From: Basidiobolus meristosporus CBS 931.73
Taxonomy: Eukaryota; Fungi; Basidiobolomycota
NCBI GenBank assembly: GCA_002104905.1
Contig: MCFE01000146.1
Span: forward strand, 62,001 to 126,000
Reading direction: 5' to 3'
Length of the DNA: 64,000 nt
The first letter of the stretch is position 1; each line of letters starts with the position of its first letter. Shown piece after piece: positions 49,331 to 62,019 of the stretch. The position numbers were made by a program, and so were the translations under genes. The notes under the pieces are model-generated. The model saw only the letters and a list, made by a program, of their open reading frames with translations, was not told the DNA's origin and made no database searches.

Positions 49331-52300
49331 TGCTACTTATCTACTTGAATAGTGATCTGGAAATCAAAAATATCTGGCCTAAGTTTTGGATTGTAAATTC
49401 ATTTGGAATACTACATTCATCATCAGACATAAAGGGTGTAATTAATCTGAAGATTCTCTCAAGTCCTGCACACCATGCACACATGCTCTTGGGTTCTTCC
49501 TATGCATGCCTTATGGGCTTATTTATCAATAATAAGCTACAATTTATACAGAACCATGGCATTTGAGAAATCATCAAGTGGGAACTACATAATCTACTTG
49601 CATACTCCCACCTGCTATGGCATGATTTCTGTAACAAGCCTGTTTATCATATCAGAGCATATTGTACAGCACTATCAGACACTGTGATTTGTGGCAAAAT
49701 GGAAAGAATACTCTGGGCACATATCAGGTTTGGAGTCTTTTACTCTGATGAATGGTACTGATACAACCATGGGCTTGGAAGAGATAAATGCAGTAAATCC
49801 CCTTTGAACATCCATCTAGTGGGACTCCAACTGATATCTTAGATTAGTGCTTGGATATGTAGTAGTAAGTGCTGCAAACTTGGCAAAGAGTTTGGTGTTA
49901 TATAAGAGATATTTAGTGCCAGCAGTTAGGACCCCCTGTGCTATTGGTATCAGTGCATAGTGTAGAGGGGCATAATAGTTCTAACTTCAAAGTGAGCTGA
50001 CAAAGGAAGTGTCAGGATGGATCTAGCATTGGCTTGAGTTGAAGGAGGACATGCAACAATCCATGCAGTTAAATGATCCGGCAAAATATTTCTCCTGCAT
50101 GGAATCCTGGTCCAACCATGAGCACCACAAAACATGACCAGTCTCAGAATGTTTCAATGCAATAGCTCATTGAGTGCAGTAGATGATCACAAAATGACCA
50201 TACTTTTGACAACTCAATTAGGGCCCCGTACACAGCATACCATCTGATGAATATATGTGCTCTTATCGGGATGCCGCCCACGCGTGTATCATTGCTAGAG
50301 TGAAAACCACTTCAGGGAAGGTGAATATCATGTGCTGTGCTCTGGCACCAGCCTGATGGCAACCAAGATATGTCTATGGATCCTAGTCAAGTCCCACCCA
50401 ACCCACGCATCACTGATTCCTGATCTAGTCCTGAGGTAAGACAATGAATTTTCTTCCTGTCTCCTAGAGAAGTTCCACGTTCCCAGTGCCACTCCGCTCA
50501 GAATAAATCTTGTCGAGGAATTCGAAGGCTGCAGTGTGCAATAAATGTAGCCTGGCAAAACAGTGAACATCGAGTCTTTCCCGAGGCTCCAATACATGGG
50601 CAGCGTTAACGAGGACTCAATCCATCTTGGGGGAGCCAGCTATCCCAATGAGTCCCCCCCCCTCAAGCTGCAAGCGGTAACGGTCTCCTCGAATGGGGGA
50701 GCCTTCATGGGACATCAAGATCACGCAGATGGTATGATTGCGACTTTCAATCCGGGCCTGATCCACAAGCCTCCGATACATGCTTAAAGCTTGACCGGAT
50801 GTCCCAGCCCATATCCCGATATTAACACCTCCTGACCCTACTGCGGTCGCTTTTTCGACAACCTCACTGATGGCTCAGGCCATATGAATGTTGCTGGGTT
50901 ATAACCCGCAGTGGGTAATCTGCACCCTAGTGGAGACACCAGGTAACCACTCGAAACTATACGACCGAGACACGGTCCAGTTGAATGAGGCCAGGAAAAC
51001 CTGAAGGGGAAATTCCCTGCACCAAGCGGGCAGTTTGGCACCAACACAGACCACCAGCTTCCACTGTATAGGTTCCGCTGGCCTCAAGAGTGGGTCATCA
51101 GTAGATTCGCAATACTCGTTTGAAATTCACACTCGTGGAACATTGCATTCACCGGCTCACGCGCCGCTCGGCATTACCTGCTCCCATTAGTCATCCAGTC
51201 AAGATTGGCTACCCCCGCTACGAAAAGCGGGACCATTAATTAGCTTGCTTGAGACGAGCCCATGTAGGTAGACCTAGGGAATCCCCCCCACCGACCATGC
51301 TCAAGATAGATACATTTGGAGGTTCCAACGAATGGCACCTTTCCTCAGTTTAGGTGGAACAGGACAAGACCGGATAAGAAGGCGGGTGACTCTTTCGAGG
51401 CCGCTCTACGCGAGCTGTTTTAGTCTACCCACAGATCCCACAGTCTGGCTTGCGCTTCATCCACCCTGAGAAGCTGAAACAGCACCCAACTTACTCGGCC
51501 GTGGGTGGGAGTATCCTCATCCTGCATCGTAGTGGACAGAATAGAAACGCAGCCAACGTTGGGACAGATAAGCCAAAGGTCAAGCTGGAATGGGTGGGAA
51601 GATCAACGCCATATGAAATGACCACGGCAATGCAAAGTAACACCACCTCCACCGCGTACATTCATGTTTGGAAGTGACCAGCGGCTATTTCGTCAGGGTT
51701 GGATAGATTTGGAATCATGTGCCTGCCGGGCAGTCCCGATGCAAATGTACTGATGGCTGGAGGAACGTGTACCACCTAACGTAACGCAAGTCTCAATAAG
51801 CGAGCCGCTCATGGGATCCAAGCTTGCGACTGTAGTGGAGGCAGTAATTCGTGGCATCAGAAGTTGTACATCACGCGGCTTTCATTCAGCATGACCTCTT
51901 CGGCGTGAAAGCAAGTGGATCTAGCGATGCACCAGAGCCACGATCGGTTTCTAGCGGCTGCCCCATTCGAAAGACTCCAAGGTAGCTCTAGCTCGCCGAA
52001 TATGGGGGATCTGGAAACTGCCGGACTGCAGCGTGATTGATGGTCCGTTGTGCATCATTGGTAGGCTGGTGGACTGGTGGTCAAACCGGTAATGGGATTA
52101 TCCGGTTACGGGGTCTTGGGAGCTCGGTGCATGAACTTTATCCTTTTCGGGTAGGCCAGTGGGTTTCCCTGTGTGCCAGCTTATGTCATCGATGGACTGA
52201 GTACCGGTTGTACAATGGCCGTTGGTTTCTTCGCATCGAAATTTGTTTCACGATCGATGGCCATTCCAATGACATATGCCTTGGATACTGCAGCGTGAGA

Positions 52301-52861
52301 TGGTTCATTGGATATAGCTTAATGAATTTCAGGAGAGTCATTAGGAACATCCGCTACAGCGATGGAGCTTTACACCTGTAGAAACATCCCTCATGCCCCA
52401 AGAGCCAGGAATGCAAATGTCTCCTGCTAGCCAAGAGATTCCCTGCCAAAGCATGGCCACACAAAGCTCCGCCGGGCTTCGAGGAATACGTAGCATTCGC
52501 ATAGGCCTCCATAGAATGGAGCAGCAACTTAACCACTGATACATAGGGAGCTTTGTGGAATATGAATTTGACTGTGTGGCGTCGATTGTCCAGCCTCTGG
52601 TTTCACACTACTCTCAGTGCTCCCTTGTGTGTATGATGAATCCGGTTGTTGATGATGTAGGAGTGGCCGTGGTGTATCTCATGTCGGTAATAAATAATTT
52701 ATTTACACAAGTGGGGGGGATAATGATATTGTGAAGAAATAACCAGCCGGTCTAAAGATCCAGCTCTAATATACAAACAGTGCCGACTCTTCCTGTGCCA
52801 CCTATCTTTGGTCGGGTAGCCGATTTTGTAGCCGATCGGCGCCTCGAACCCTCTTGGTGGG

Positions 52862-53317
52862 CTATTCTGATGCGTGCTTCTTTTGATGTTTGATCAAAGC
52901 TATTCGCCTGGTGTAGCTTTTGTTACAATGGGAGATCATGCACACATAGGGCCTCTCACCGGTGTGAGTGCGACGATGCCGCGCAAACGATGAGCTATCA
53001 CTGAATGTCCTCCCGCACCCCGGATGATTACACTGGTGGGGCTTTTCCCCCGTGTGGGTACGGATGTGGACTCGGAGTGCGGATTGCTGTATGAATCCCT
53101 TGCCACAAATCTCACATGTGTAGGGCCGCTCGCCAGTGTGCGTTCGTCTATGCCGTATCATGTCAGAATTCCTGGAAAAGGCTTTCTGACAACTCTCCCA
53201 GCTACAAACCAGATGAACCTTTCCTCCGATGGAGCCGGTGTCCGAATCGGACGAGCTCGCCCGTTGGCGTCGGATTGGCTCGTGGTAGTCAAGGTTCAAA
53301 ATAAGCTGAAGGTCCAT
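52862..53317 (-). CDS. C2H2 zinc-finger transcription factor (4 fingers, ~151 aa)
   Basis: Four CX2-4C...HX3H fingers with TGERPY/TGEKPH linkers. The likely start is MDLQLILN at 53,317, preceded by an acceptor-like TTTTTGGTTAG, so an upstream exon is possible. CpG is intact. Confidence 0.93.
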   Translation of the reverse strand: MDLQLILNLDYHEPIRRQRASSSDSDTGSIGGKVHLVCSWESCQKAFSRNSDMIRHRRTHTGERPYTCEICGKGFIQQSALRVHIRTHTGEKPHQCNHPGCGRTFSDSSSFARHRRTHTGERPYVCMISHCNKSYTRRIALIKHQKKHASE

Positions 53318-56300
53318 GTTGCTAACCAAAAACACGAATGTCACAAGGAGGTGTAGAACTGCCTAGTGTAACAGTGGTACCCGCTGCACACAAGTGGTGA
53401 CGCTACTATACGTTGTGGGGGAAAGAGTGGATGATGAGGGCTTCGGAGAGGTTGCAAGTTGATGTCGATATGCGGCAGGTCAAGAGTCGTATTGGTTGAA
53501 TCGAATGAATATCAGGATACTTGACAGTCTGCTGAAGATTCAGTCGGAAGAATACATGGTGGATCAAGATGGAGGCAGATCCAGTGGCTTTTATATCTGC
53601 TGAGATCGATGAGAAGCTGGTCTATCTAGATGAATTGGCCTACAAAGCCATGTATAGGAAATGCCGAACATCGTAAGCATCATGGAAGGCCCCCCCGATC
53701 ACAGAGTTTGTAATCACCAGGATCCGCAATGATCCTACAACTGAGAGTCCCACAGGCAGCGAATGCGAAGTGGGCCACATAGTGCTTGGTAGTGCCACGC
53801 GTCTTCCATCGGCCATCGTACCATAATTTTAACGGCCTCATTGTGTTTCAAAATCCAGGGGCGATTGTGTTAGGATCGTCTTAGAATAACCTAATGGTAG
53901 CGGATACGAGTTTGTTTGCTGGCATACCATCGTCCACCGGGAGCACCACCCTCAATTCCACCTGATATATCAATTGATCCCTATTTCATGGGAAAACATT
54001 GCTCGTAGTGGCATGGTGACTCCATTAGAGACTACGGGAGCATCCTTGTTAAGTCACTGAGCCTACATTGATTTGTGTTGCAGCAAATGATTCTGCAGCA
54101 TTTCCAATAGGTTGCATCATTGTATCTCGGTCCTCATCAATAGCTACACCGCTGATCCTGAAAGCGCAATTGTGGATACTGGTCCAGCCTAGATTCATTC
54201 TCCTGGGCAATTTCAACAACGGCAGGCTGAGGTTGGTTTAATTAGCGGCCTCCAACCGGACGCAGAAGTTTGGAGATTCCACAAGTTAACTGAATTGTAC
54301 CTGATAACACATCTTTCACTAGTACTATATCTGGCCATGGCATTTGGAGCTTGCTGGAATTACTTGGCACCAATTTTGCGACTTGGCCAGCGGGTGGTGG
54401 GGGCAAGTTTCATGCTCGTGTCTCCATAATCAACCTTTGGCATGTTTAATGTACTGCCAGCGCTTATACAGCCACTGCAAAACTCGGTTGGTCTCAACCC
54501 AATCTCTCGTGCCATAATTGGCACTACAGAGTGTGATCTATATGACATCATCGACTGTCGCTAGCCTGTCCTGAATGAAAAGTAAATCCCATCCAAGTCT
54601 TCATCTTATGGATACCAATCCCCTGGGTTGTCTGACCTCAGTCTGGATTCAGGTCTCTTAGTAATCTTGCGAAAATAGTACCGGCCGTCGCTACCTCGTG
54701 ATATCATTGGTCCAATGCACCTGGGAATCTGGTTTTCATGCAGCAATTGGCAATGAAAAATCCTGAGCGTATTGAGGATAAACCGGAAATCACCGTATTG
54801 TTGAAGCGACTCTTTGGAATGAAGTAAGCAAGAACTGATTTTTACGGACGCTCTGAACCACACTACGAAATGCCTGCGTATATCACTCTCGTTAACCACC
54901 CTAGCTCATCAATGCCATATCGAAGATCTGATCCTGCTGATCATTATCTCCTTGGGCTTCTTTAACGAGAGCGCCGGGAAGTGTGCTGCTCTGGTTGACG
55001 GCATGGGTGGCCATCTGCTCAAGGTGATAAGGTAGCTTTTCAGGCAGCCCGTACCATAAGAGGACAAGAAATCAACTCAACAAGAATTCCGGTGTCTCAT
55101 GCACGCAAACACCATTTGTCAGCAGCCAGAGCGGAGGAGGCGATTCGATCGATCTGATCGCATTCACCTCATCACTTCAAAAGCATCCTCTCGCTCATCT
55201 TCCACCCCATCGAAACCCAATCCCTAGAAGATACGGTCTCTAGCTATTGGTTCCGAGGTCAGGCCACGAATACAGGTTGCTGCATAAATTTGCAATTCCT
55301 AACAGCAATCAATTCCATGGCAACTCCGCTAGGAATCCACAAAAAACCCCATGCTCTGCATATAGCCAGGATCATCGGCCTAATCAATGTCTTGGAATCC
55401 ATTTTAAAAATAGCTACATCATCGGCGCTATCGTGGAACAAGTCATCTAACTGATTCATTCTACCCTCACAGCAGTACCTATCCTTGTCATATGAAGGAC
55501 GCTTTCAAACCTATTCCCGCAATTTATGCTTCTTTTGGTTAGGAAGTGGTTTTCATCAAGCGGGCCCATTCTCCGCTGCGTTATTCGATACATGTCTCTC
55601 GTCGTCCCATCTCGGGAACTCATAGAACCTCAATTGATGCAGGGCCCAAACTAGCAAGTAAGCCCCTTTGAGGTGACTAAGCGGTCATGCCCAGAAAAGT
55701 GGCCCTACACGTTAATTACATAATCATGCTGGCCGATGATCGAGAAATACACTCATCGAACTCTGGCTGATCGATGCACGGCAACAGGAATGTCCCCTCC
55801 AGTCCATCCTGCTGCCACACCACACCATGGCATCCCAAACCAGCAACTGAGAAAGGACAATCACCACCCACGAACGATTCCTGGATTGTTCATTGAGGCA
55901 GATCGGGGACTGGCGTACAACCATTCATTTTAGGGATTCAGAGCAGCTTGCCCTTGATCCGCTGACTCATCCCATTGCCTGTGGGCAGGAAGTGTTCTCA
56001 CCTGTCCATCAAGAAATGCAGAGTAAAGCATTCACTTGGACAAGGTCAGGCTACAGCCAAGGAAAGAAAGGAGCCCAGTACTGCGCGAGAGAATTTGCAG
56101 CCGATGCAGATGGATTCTCCGTCAAGTAGAGTTGTGGAGTAAAGCGTCCTTAGCACAGCAGATGTGGATGGACGAATCGCATCCATATCGGTCAACCCCA
56201 ACCATATGCGTGTTGGGTAAGAGTGGTTGGATCTCATGGCTGGATGCGATTCATCTCGCCATGAGCCCAAAACAAGGATGCGTTTTGGTCAGATCTATTC

Positions 56301-56889
56301 TGGATCACTTGGTCCCAATTGGGGAAGGGGGTGGTGGCAGAGTGGGAAAGTTTGAAAACAATCACTGATTTTCCATGAATGGAATGAAACTAAAAATTCC
56401 CCACCACTTGAGGCCACTCCTGTATGCAAGAGAATATAGATTTCATATGGCGGAACATCCAGAATAGGATTTGGAGTCACTTGATTCATTGCTCATGTCG
56501 AGGGGCCTGGCCTGGTGCTTGCTCTCTCGCTAGACCTCCAAACCATAACAATGATGTGAAAATTTCTAGATTCTCCTTAAGCGGTCGGATTCACACTTAA
56601 TGTTAATTAAGTTCATCATATGATGTAAATATTACTTGAATAGTAAGCTGAATAAGTGCGGGTGATAGGACATCAATATTTTGAGAAATGTGGATTCGCT
56701 GCACTTCATTCAAGTTGTTGTGAGCGCACGTAAGATTTTCTCTCTTTCCTCTGTTAGCCGAGCTTTCTCCCAAGCCCCACTTCCAACTTATTTCGTCAAG
56801 TGAACGTTCCAGCCAAGACCCTCCCTGTGACTACCTTTTGGAATTTCTCCCCGTTGGATGTCTTTCCATCCAGCTTACTCGAGTCCAGC

Positions 56890-58172
56890 ATGCACACGAC
56901 TAACCTCCTAGGAAAAATCCTATTCATACTCTTTCAAATCACTTCCACATTCTCCCAAGCCCCTAGCTCGCCTGCAAATGTAACCATTGGCCCTGACGAC
57001 GGTATTGCACATACAACTAGCTCAACTTCGACCTGTCCCAACGCCTAACCTTGCCCTCCATTACAGTTAGCAAATTGACCGGACCTTGCGGACCGACTGT
57101 TTACTGTCTACCAGAGAAAGGGGAAAATTGGGTAGTGAATAAGGAATATTTTGTGCGGTGGTGGAACAAATACCCAACCTTCCTGGCCCAAGGGTTAGTG
57201 GAGATCAAACTATATGAAGCGAGCTCCCCACCCAACTTAGTGAAGCAATGGGATAACATCACCAACGACATTGGCTTCTTTACCGTGAAATATTACCCCC
57301 CACAATTACCTATCTTTCCAATCGACCCCACCCGCGAACCAAACTCCACCATACGACGTGAATGCTACTTTGTCATATTTGCCCCAGGTTCAGATGAAAG
57401 TATCGCTGGCAAAGGCGATAATTTTTTCATCGATGGTAAGTGGACCGATCGATCTCTTCAGGTATATTAAGCACCAGGACTTAAAGCGAATCTAGATTAT
57501 AATCCTCCCGCTAGTGTCTCGGTTCCAAGCCCAGGGCCCTCTAAGCCGGAGACAGCCGCAGCCAAGCCCACCGGAAACAATGATATCTCCATCCCCCATG
57601 CGGAGAGAAGAGGAGATAATCAGGAGTCGGGGATTTCCGCTGGAGCGATCATCGGCATAACCCTTGGCGCAGTTGCATTCGTCACCATTGTAGCGCTGGC
57701 CCTCTTCTTCATTCACCGCAGGAAAAAGAACAGGGCCAACCGGGTGACCGAGGTCAACCATGGGGAAAAACCCCGAGCTTTACCCCCTAGCCAATATATC
57801 CCACGTCCGGCAACTTCCGGCACCTTGAGAAGCACCAGCTCGGAGAGTGAGGTGGATTCAATCTCCCCGCTCTCTGCCTCAAACTCTGGTACGCGACGAA
57901 GCTCGCTTAGGCTCACCGTAAAAGACGCCCAAATCCTAGCCCACACCTACCGTGCTATGCTCAGCAACCAGGGTGGGTCTTCAAATGGAGAAGATACTCT
58001 CCAAAACAATCCACGTGGCCTGTATAGCGACGAACTGCTCAAACGAGAGCTGGCAGCAGAAGGCAGAGGGGTGAAGAATGTCTCTACATCGCCTGCCATC
58101 GTGGTGGTGAACAGTGATGAGATGGGCAGGAAAAGCATGACTGCCGACCATTCCGAACACGAGGAAGCATAA
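56890..58172 (+). CDS. 3-exon type-I single-pass membrane protein (385 aa), resembling Mid2/SKG6-like cell-surface proteins
   Basis: Exons 56,890-57,001, 57,067-57,435 and 57,496-58,172 total 1158 bp and are in frame. Introns are GTATTG..CTAAC..CAG (65 bp) and GTAAGT..TAG (60 bp), both phase 1. Signal-peptide-like N-terminus, ~130-aa ectodomain, P/S-rich stalk, TM helix GISAGAIIGITLGAVAFVTIVALALFFI followed by HRRKK, Ser-rich tail. Confidence 0.88.
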
Positions 58173-61100
58173 CATAAATGGAACGGCCTCTCGTTTTCAT
58201 ATGGTGACCCTTTTTGTCCCTCTAATAGAACAGGATAGAGGCGTTGAGATATTTCGTACTGTGGAAATATATTTTGAGTGCAAGTAGTTCATCTTGGCCA
58301 TTGCTTAATCTGTTTCTTTCTTAATTTTCGTTTCCCCCCCTCACCCAACCTGATATGAGCTTTCTATACAGCAGTAATGAGTAAACACTCCATCCTTCCC
58401 TCCCCACACAACACCCAGCGAGATTTCACTAAAACTACCAGAAAAGATTCTTTGTAAAGGATCCTCCTTCGTAAGCATCCATCATGATATCTATGTATCG
58501 CCCGCACAACCTTGTGAAATCCAACATTACCTCAAGCCATATTGTATGTCCGAAACTGGGATCCTTCAATATGTGCCACTTTGCCGTGTAATTTACTTAT
58601 TATTTGGAACTATTAAATGCCATTTAACCCACATCGCAATGGTTACAGGGCTGTTCGCAGGAACAGGTGGAAAGACGCCAGTTCTGAACCGACCTGGGCT
58701 ACGCTGGGCAACCCGAAAAAGCCCGTTTTACAAATGAAATTGTTGGGATCTTTTGGCGGAAAAACTCATCCCATCGTCGGAAAAGCCCTAGCCCTATCGC
58801 TTCCCACACCCCACATCGTCATGTCTAATCTGCTGAGGTTGGAGGCACTCGTTGGTTAGGATGAAGCATGCATCATCTAACCTTGCCGTTCATTGGAGGT
58901 CCTGGCGATATGGACTCAGTCCACTGCTCTACCATGTGACACACGAATCCAAGCGCTCATTGGAAGGAAGGCTCGAATCGGATAAAAATTGATAGTCGCT
59001 CTATGACCATTTTAAGCCAGTCAATAACCTTGTAGTAGGCCACCAAAATAACCTCCAATCATATAGGCCGATCCGAACTATTGAGTGATGTCAAGAAATT
59101 TCTGCCATACAAATCAGAACATCGGCTCAACCACCTTGGAATGGCGGTTTTGTTATGACGAGAGACCGCATGCTTGATATGACAAGTAGCTGTGGAGGTT
59201 TCAGAGCGATTGGACGTGAGAGAAGAATGGGCTGATCTGTGTGCACTGAGACAAGCGTGGGCCAGTTCGGAATGAAGCCTCCAAGGGGATTTACCAGTCG
59301 ACAGATTGACCAAAGCAAGTGAAGGATGCTCGCCCCAAGATATGTTCACTGAGCGAGGGTGGATTCGGATGCGGGCTGGGTAGACACAACGGGAATCACA
59401 GTGCTTCGACATCTTCGGCCTGGCTGGAATGGTGGATATGCTTGACTCACCGATGCTGACTAAGTAGTGGCGACCTCACTCACGAAGTGGATGAATCCAA
59501 TAACTGTGCCCAGAAGTCCCGACACCCGAAGTCTATGAAAACCCATCCCTGACTGAGCCGAAATAATGGCCTTCAGTGTGCTCATAGACCACGTTGAAAC
59601 TCCGTTTGAGATGGCGAATAAGAGCATATAGCTGACTGCTCCAGTGAGTCTCACCGGTATAGATGGCTAAAACATGGGCCGATGAAGGGTGTTCCGTAGA
59701 CTTGAGTAAACCCATGGCGTGTAAACATATGGATCAGGCGCAGCTGGGATAAACCATGTACCACGTGTCTATCCATCAAAATCCGTAAGATGGGATTGTA
59801 AAGCTAGGGGGATTTTGCCCGCTTGGTGGGTCAGTCGGGATGGGGTAGGGCAATCGGATTTTATTACGACAGAGACATTGCTTACAATAGCTGATGAATA
59901 TTATGATTAGCCTGGAATGGGCCGCTACTCTGGCCAAACAAACATGCACTCCTCGACGATTCCTCTGGATGTACTGTGAGTTATTGACGGCGAGCCATTG
60001 ATTCTCCTGAAGCTAGTAATGACCTTCGAACTGAGTCGCATCATCCGCCATCGTAGTGAAATAAGCAGCACTGTATCTCAGGCGGTTTCTAATAGGTTGC
60101 TAATAAACCTCAGCGGAAAGTCAGGAGGTTGCGGGCCCACCCCAGGGTTAGGACAATACCAGTTCCATTCCATTCCTGCGCATATATGGGCACGCCACCT
60201 AGGGGACTGACGGCCATCACGACAGCTAAATTCATACTGGGTAGCATAGATAGGCGCCAATATGGTTTGATGAGGTGGTAAATCTGGTGATGGCAATTGG
60301 CACGCGGTTGGATGTGGTCAATTTCTGGCTGAACATGCCTAATGAGAGCTTGAGACAATGGCCCCATTTCCCTAATCAGCAGCACATCTCCGCTGGCTAC
60401 CTGGCATCGCCATTGGAAACGAGCCATCGACACTTGATGGTGCCCGATTCCTGCAGTCCCACCAAACCTACGATTCGAGATACATCTCCATTGTTATTCA
60501 GGTATTCTCCCAAAGGTAACTGCTGTATGCAACTTTCGCAGATAGGAATATGGCCAGAGCTGGATAGACAAATGAGGAGTCGGCAGTCTACATTCGGCAT
60601 GTATTACTAATGGGCTCGGTCGGGAGATTACATATCATGGGTGAGCAACAGACAAACACTGCTTACCAAATATACCCGAATGAAGTTTAAAGCATCGGCC
60701 AACCATTGACTGAATAGGGGCACGCTATTGTTTGGCGCAATATCAATGAGCGTGGTGGCATTTGTGTTGGTGATCACAAATCAATCGGGCAACGACAGCA
60801 GGCAGATAGGAGGCTCCTCCCGCTCTGATGCATTATAGGCTCTTGATGCTACATGTACATATTTTGTAAGATGCAACAGGTTAAACCAATTGTATCCAGG
60901 GTTTTGAAACGGCTCTTTTAAGTGCAATTCAAATTCGCCGGTCTTGGTGGAATCTAGAAATCCATCGGCTGACAATGCATCATATACCTGTTATTGGAGT
61001 GACCCGAACTTCGAACGTTACGGAGCAGATATACATCGTTAGCCGCGTATATCACAACCCTGCTTGGGTTTAGGAATCGGCAACACTAACCCTAAGAGTA

Positions 61101-62019
61101 TTGAAACCTTAAAGTGTTTCCTGTTCGGGCGAACACATTTGAGCGATACTGGGAATGTCTAAGAGGCTTGAGGGGGCTTACTTGTAGATCGACTGCTTCG
61201 AATTGAGCCTGAAGATTACGGGGGCACGCTTTGTGTAAACCTTGAGGCAAGTATGTAACGGAAGCTTATGAGTGCGTCATCCGGATGAGGATCGTATCCC
61301 TTCTGTGCGATACCAAGAAACAACTGGTGCCGTTTGCATTGGTGCATGCAGAGAGAAATGGTTAGGTTCGATTGGAAATTTTAGCCTTGTACTCGTTCCC
61401 CTATTTTTATGGCTTAACGCTATTTGCTGAGGGGATGGTATCATCAAAGTAGTAACAACATTGGTAATGCATCTAGAGAGTTGTACTTCTATTGCTGACC
61501 ATGTCATAATATCACTGGAGTGCATTGCATCATATCAACTAGAAATACAGCCGCTCAATAACCACAGCTTTTTCAGCCACTGGTCACTACGTCGCCTACA
61601 ACACATCATTGCTACAATTAGTCAGCTCATTACTCTGTTACTCATGTACCGGAATTGTTATATTCTCTATATGGACAACGTGCCTGAGAGCCTATCTTTA
61701 TTCATGCTCCGATTCAGTCCATGGTCCGATTATTATACCACCTCGAGAGTATTTCCTGACCACAGCTCGTTTTACGCAGGGCGAAATAATGGAAAATAAT
61801 GATCCGGCGTACGAACAGCGGTGGTTCTCCCCATTGTTACTTTCTGGCATATTCAAGCTTCATACCAACCTTTTATTAGACTACTACCGATTTGGAGTTG
61901 AATGCCGGCCGGCATATTGGGATCCCTTCACTAAGAGGTATGGATGCCTTCAAACAAAGTATAAAAGCTGTCAGAATAAAATCTTACCCTGAATATCCAA
62001 AGTTACTTGGTTAGAATTT

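Noticed and set aside
61085-61096. CTAACCCTAA telomere-like motif
   Set aside because: Fewer than two full units; expected by chance.
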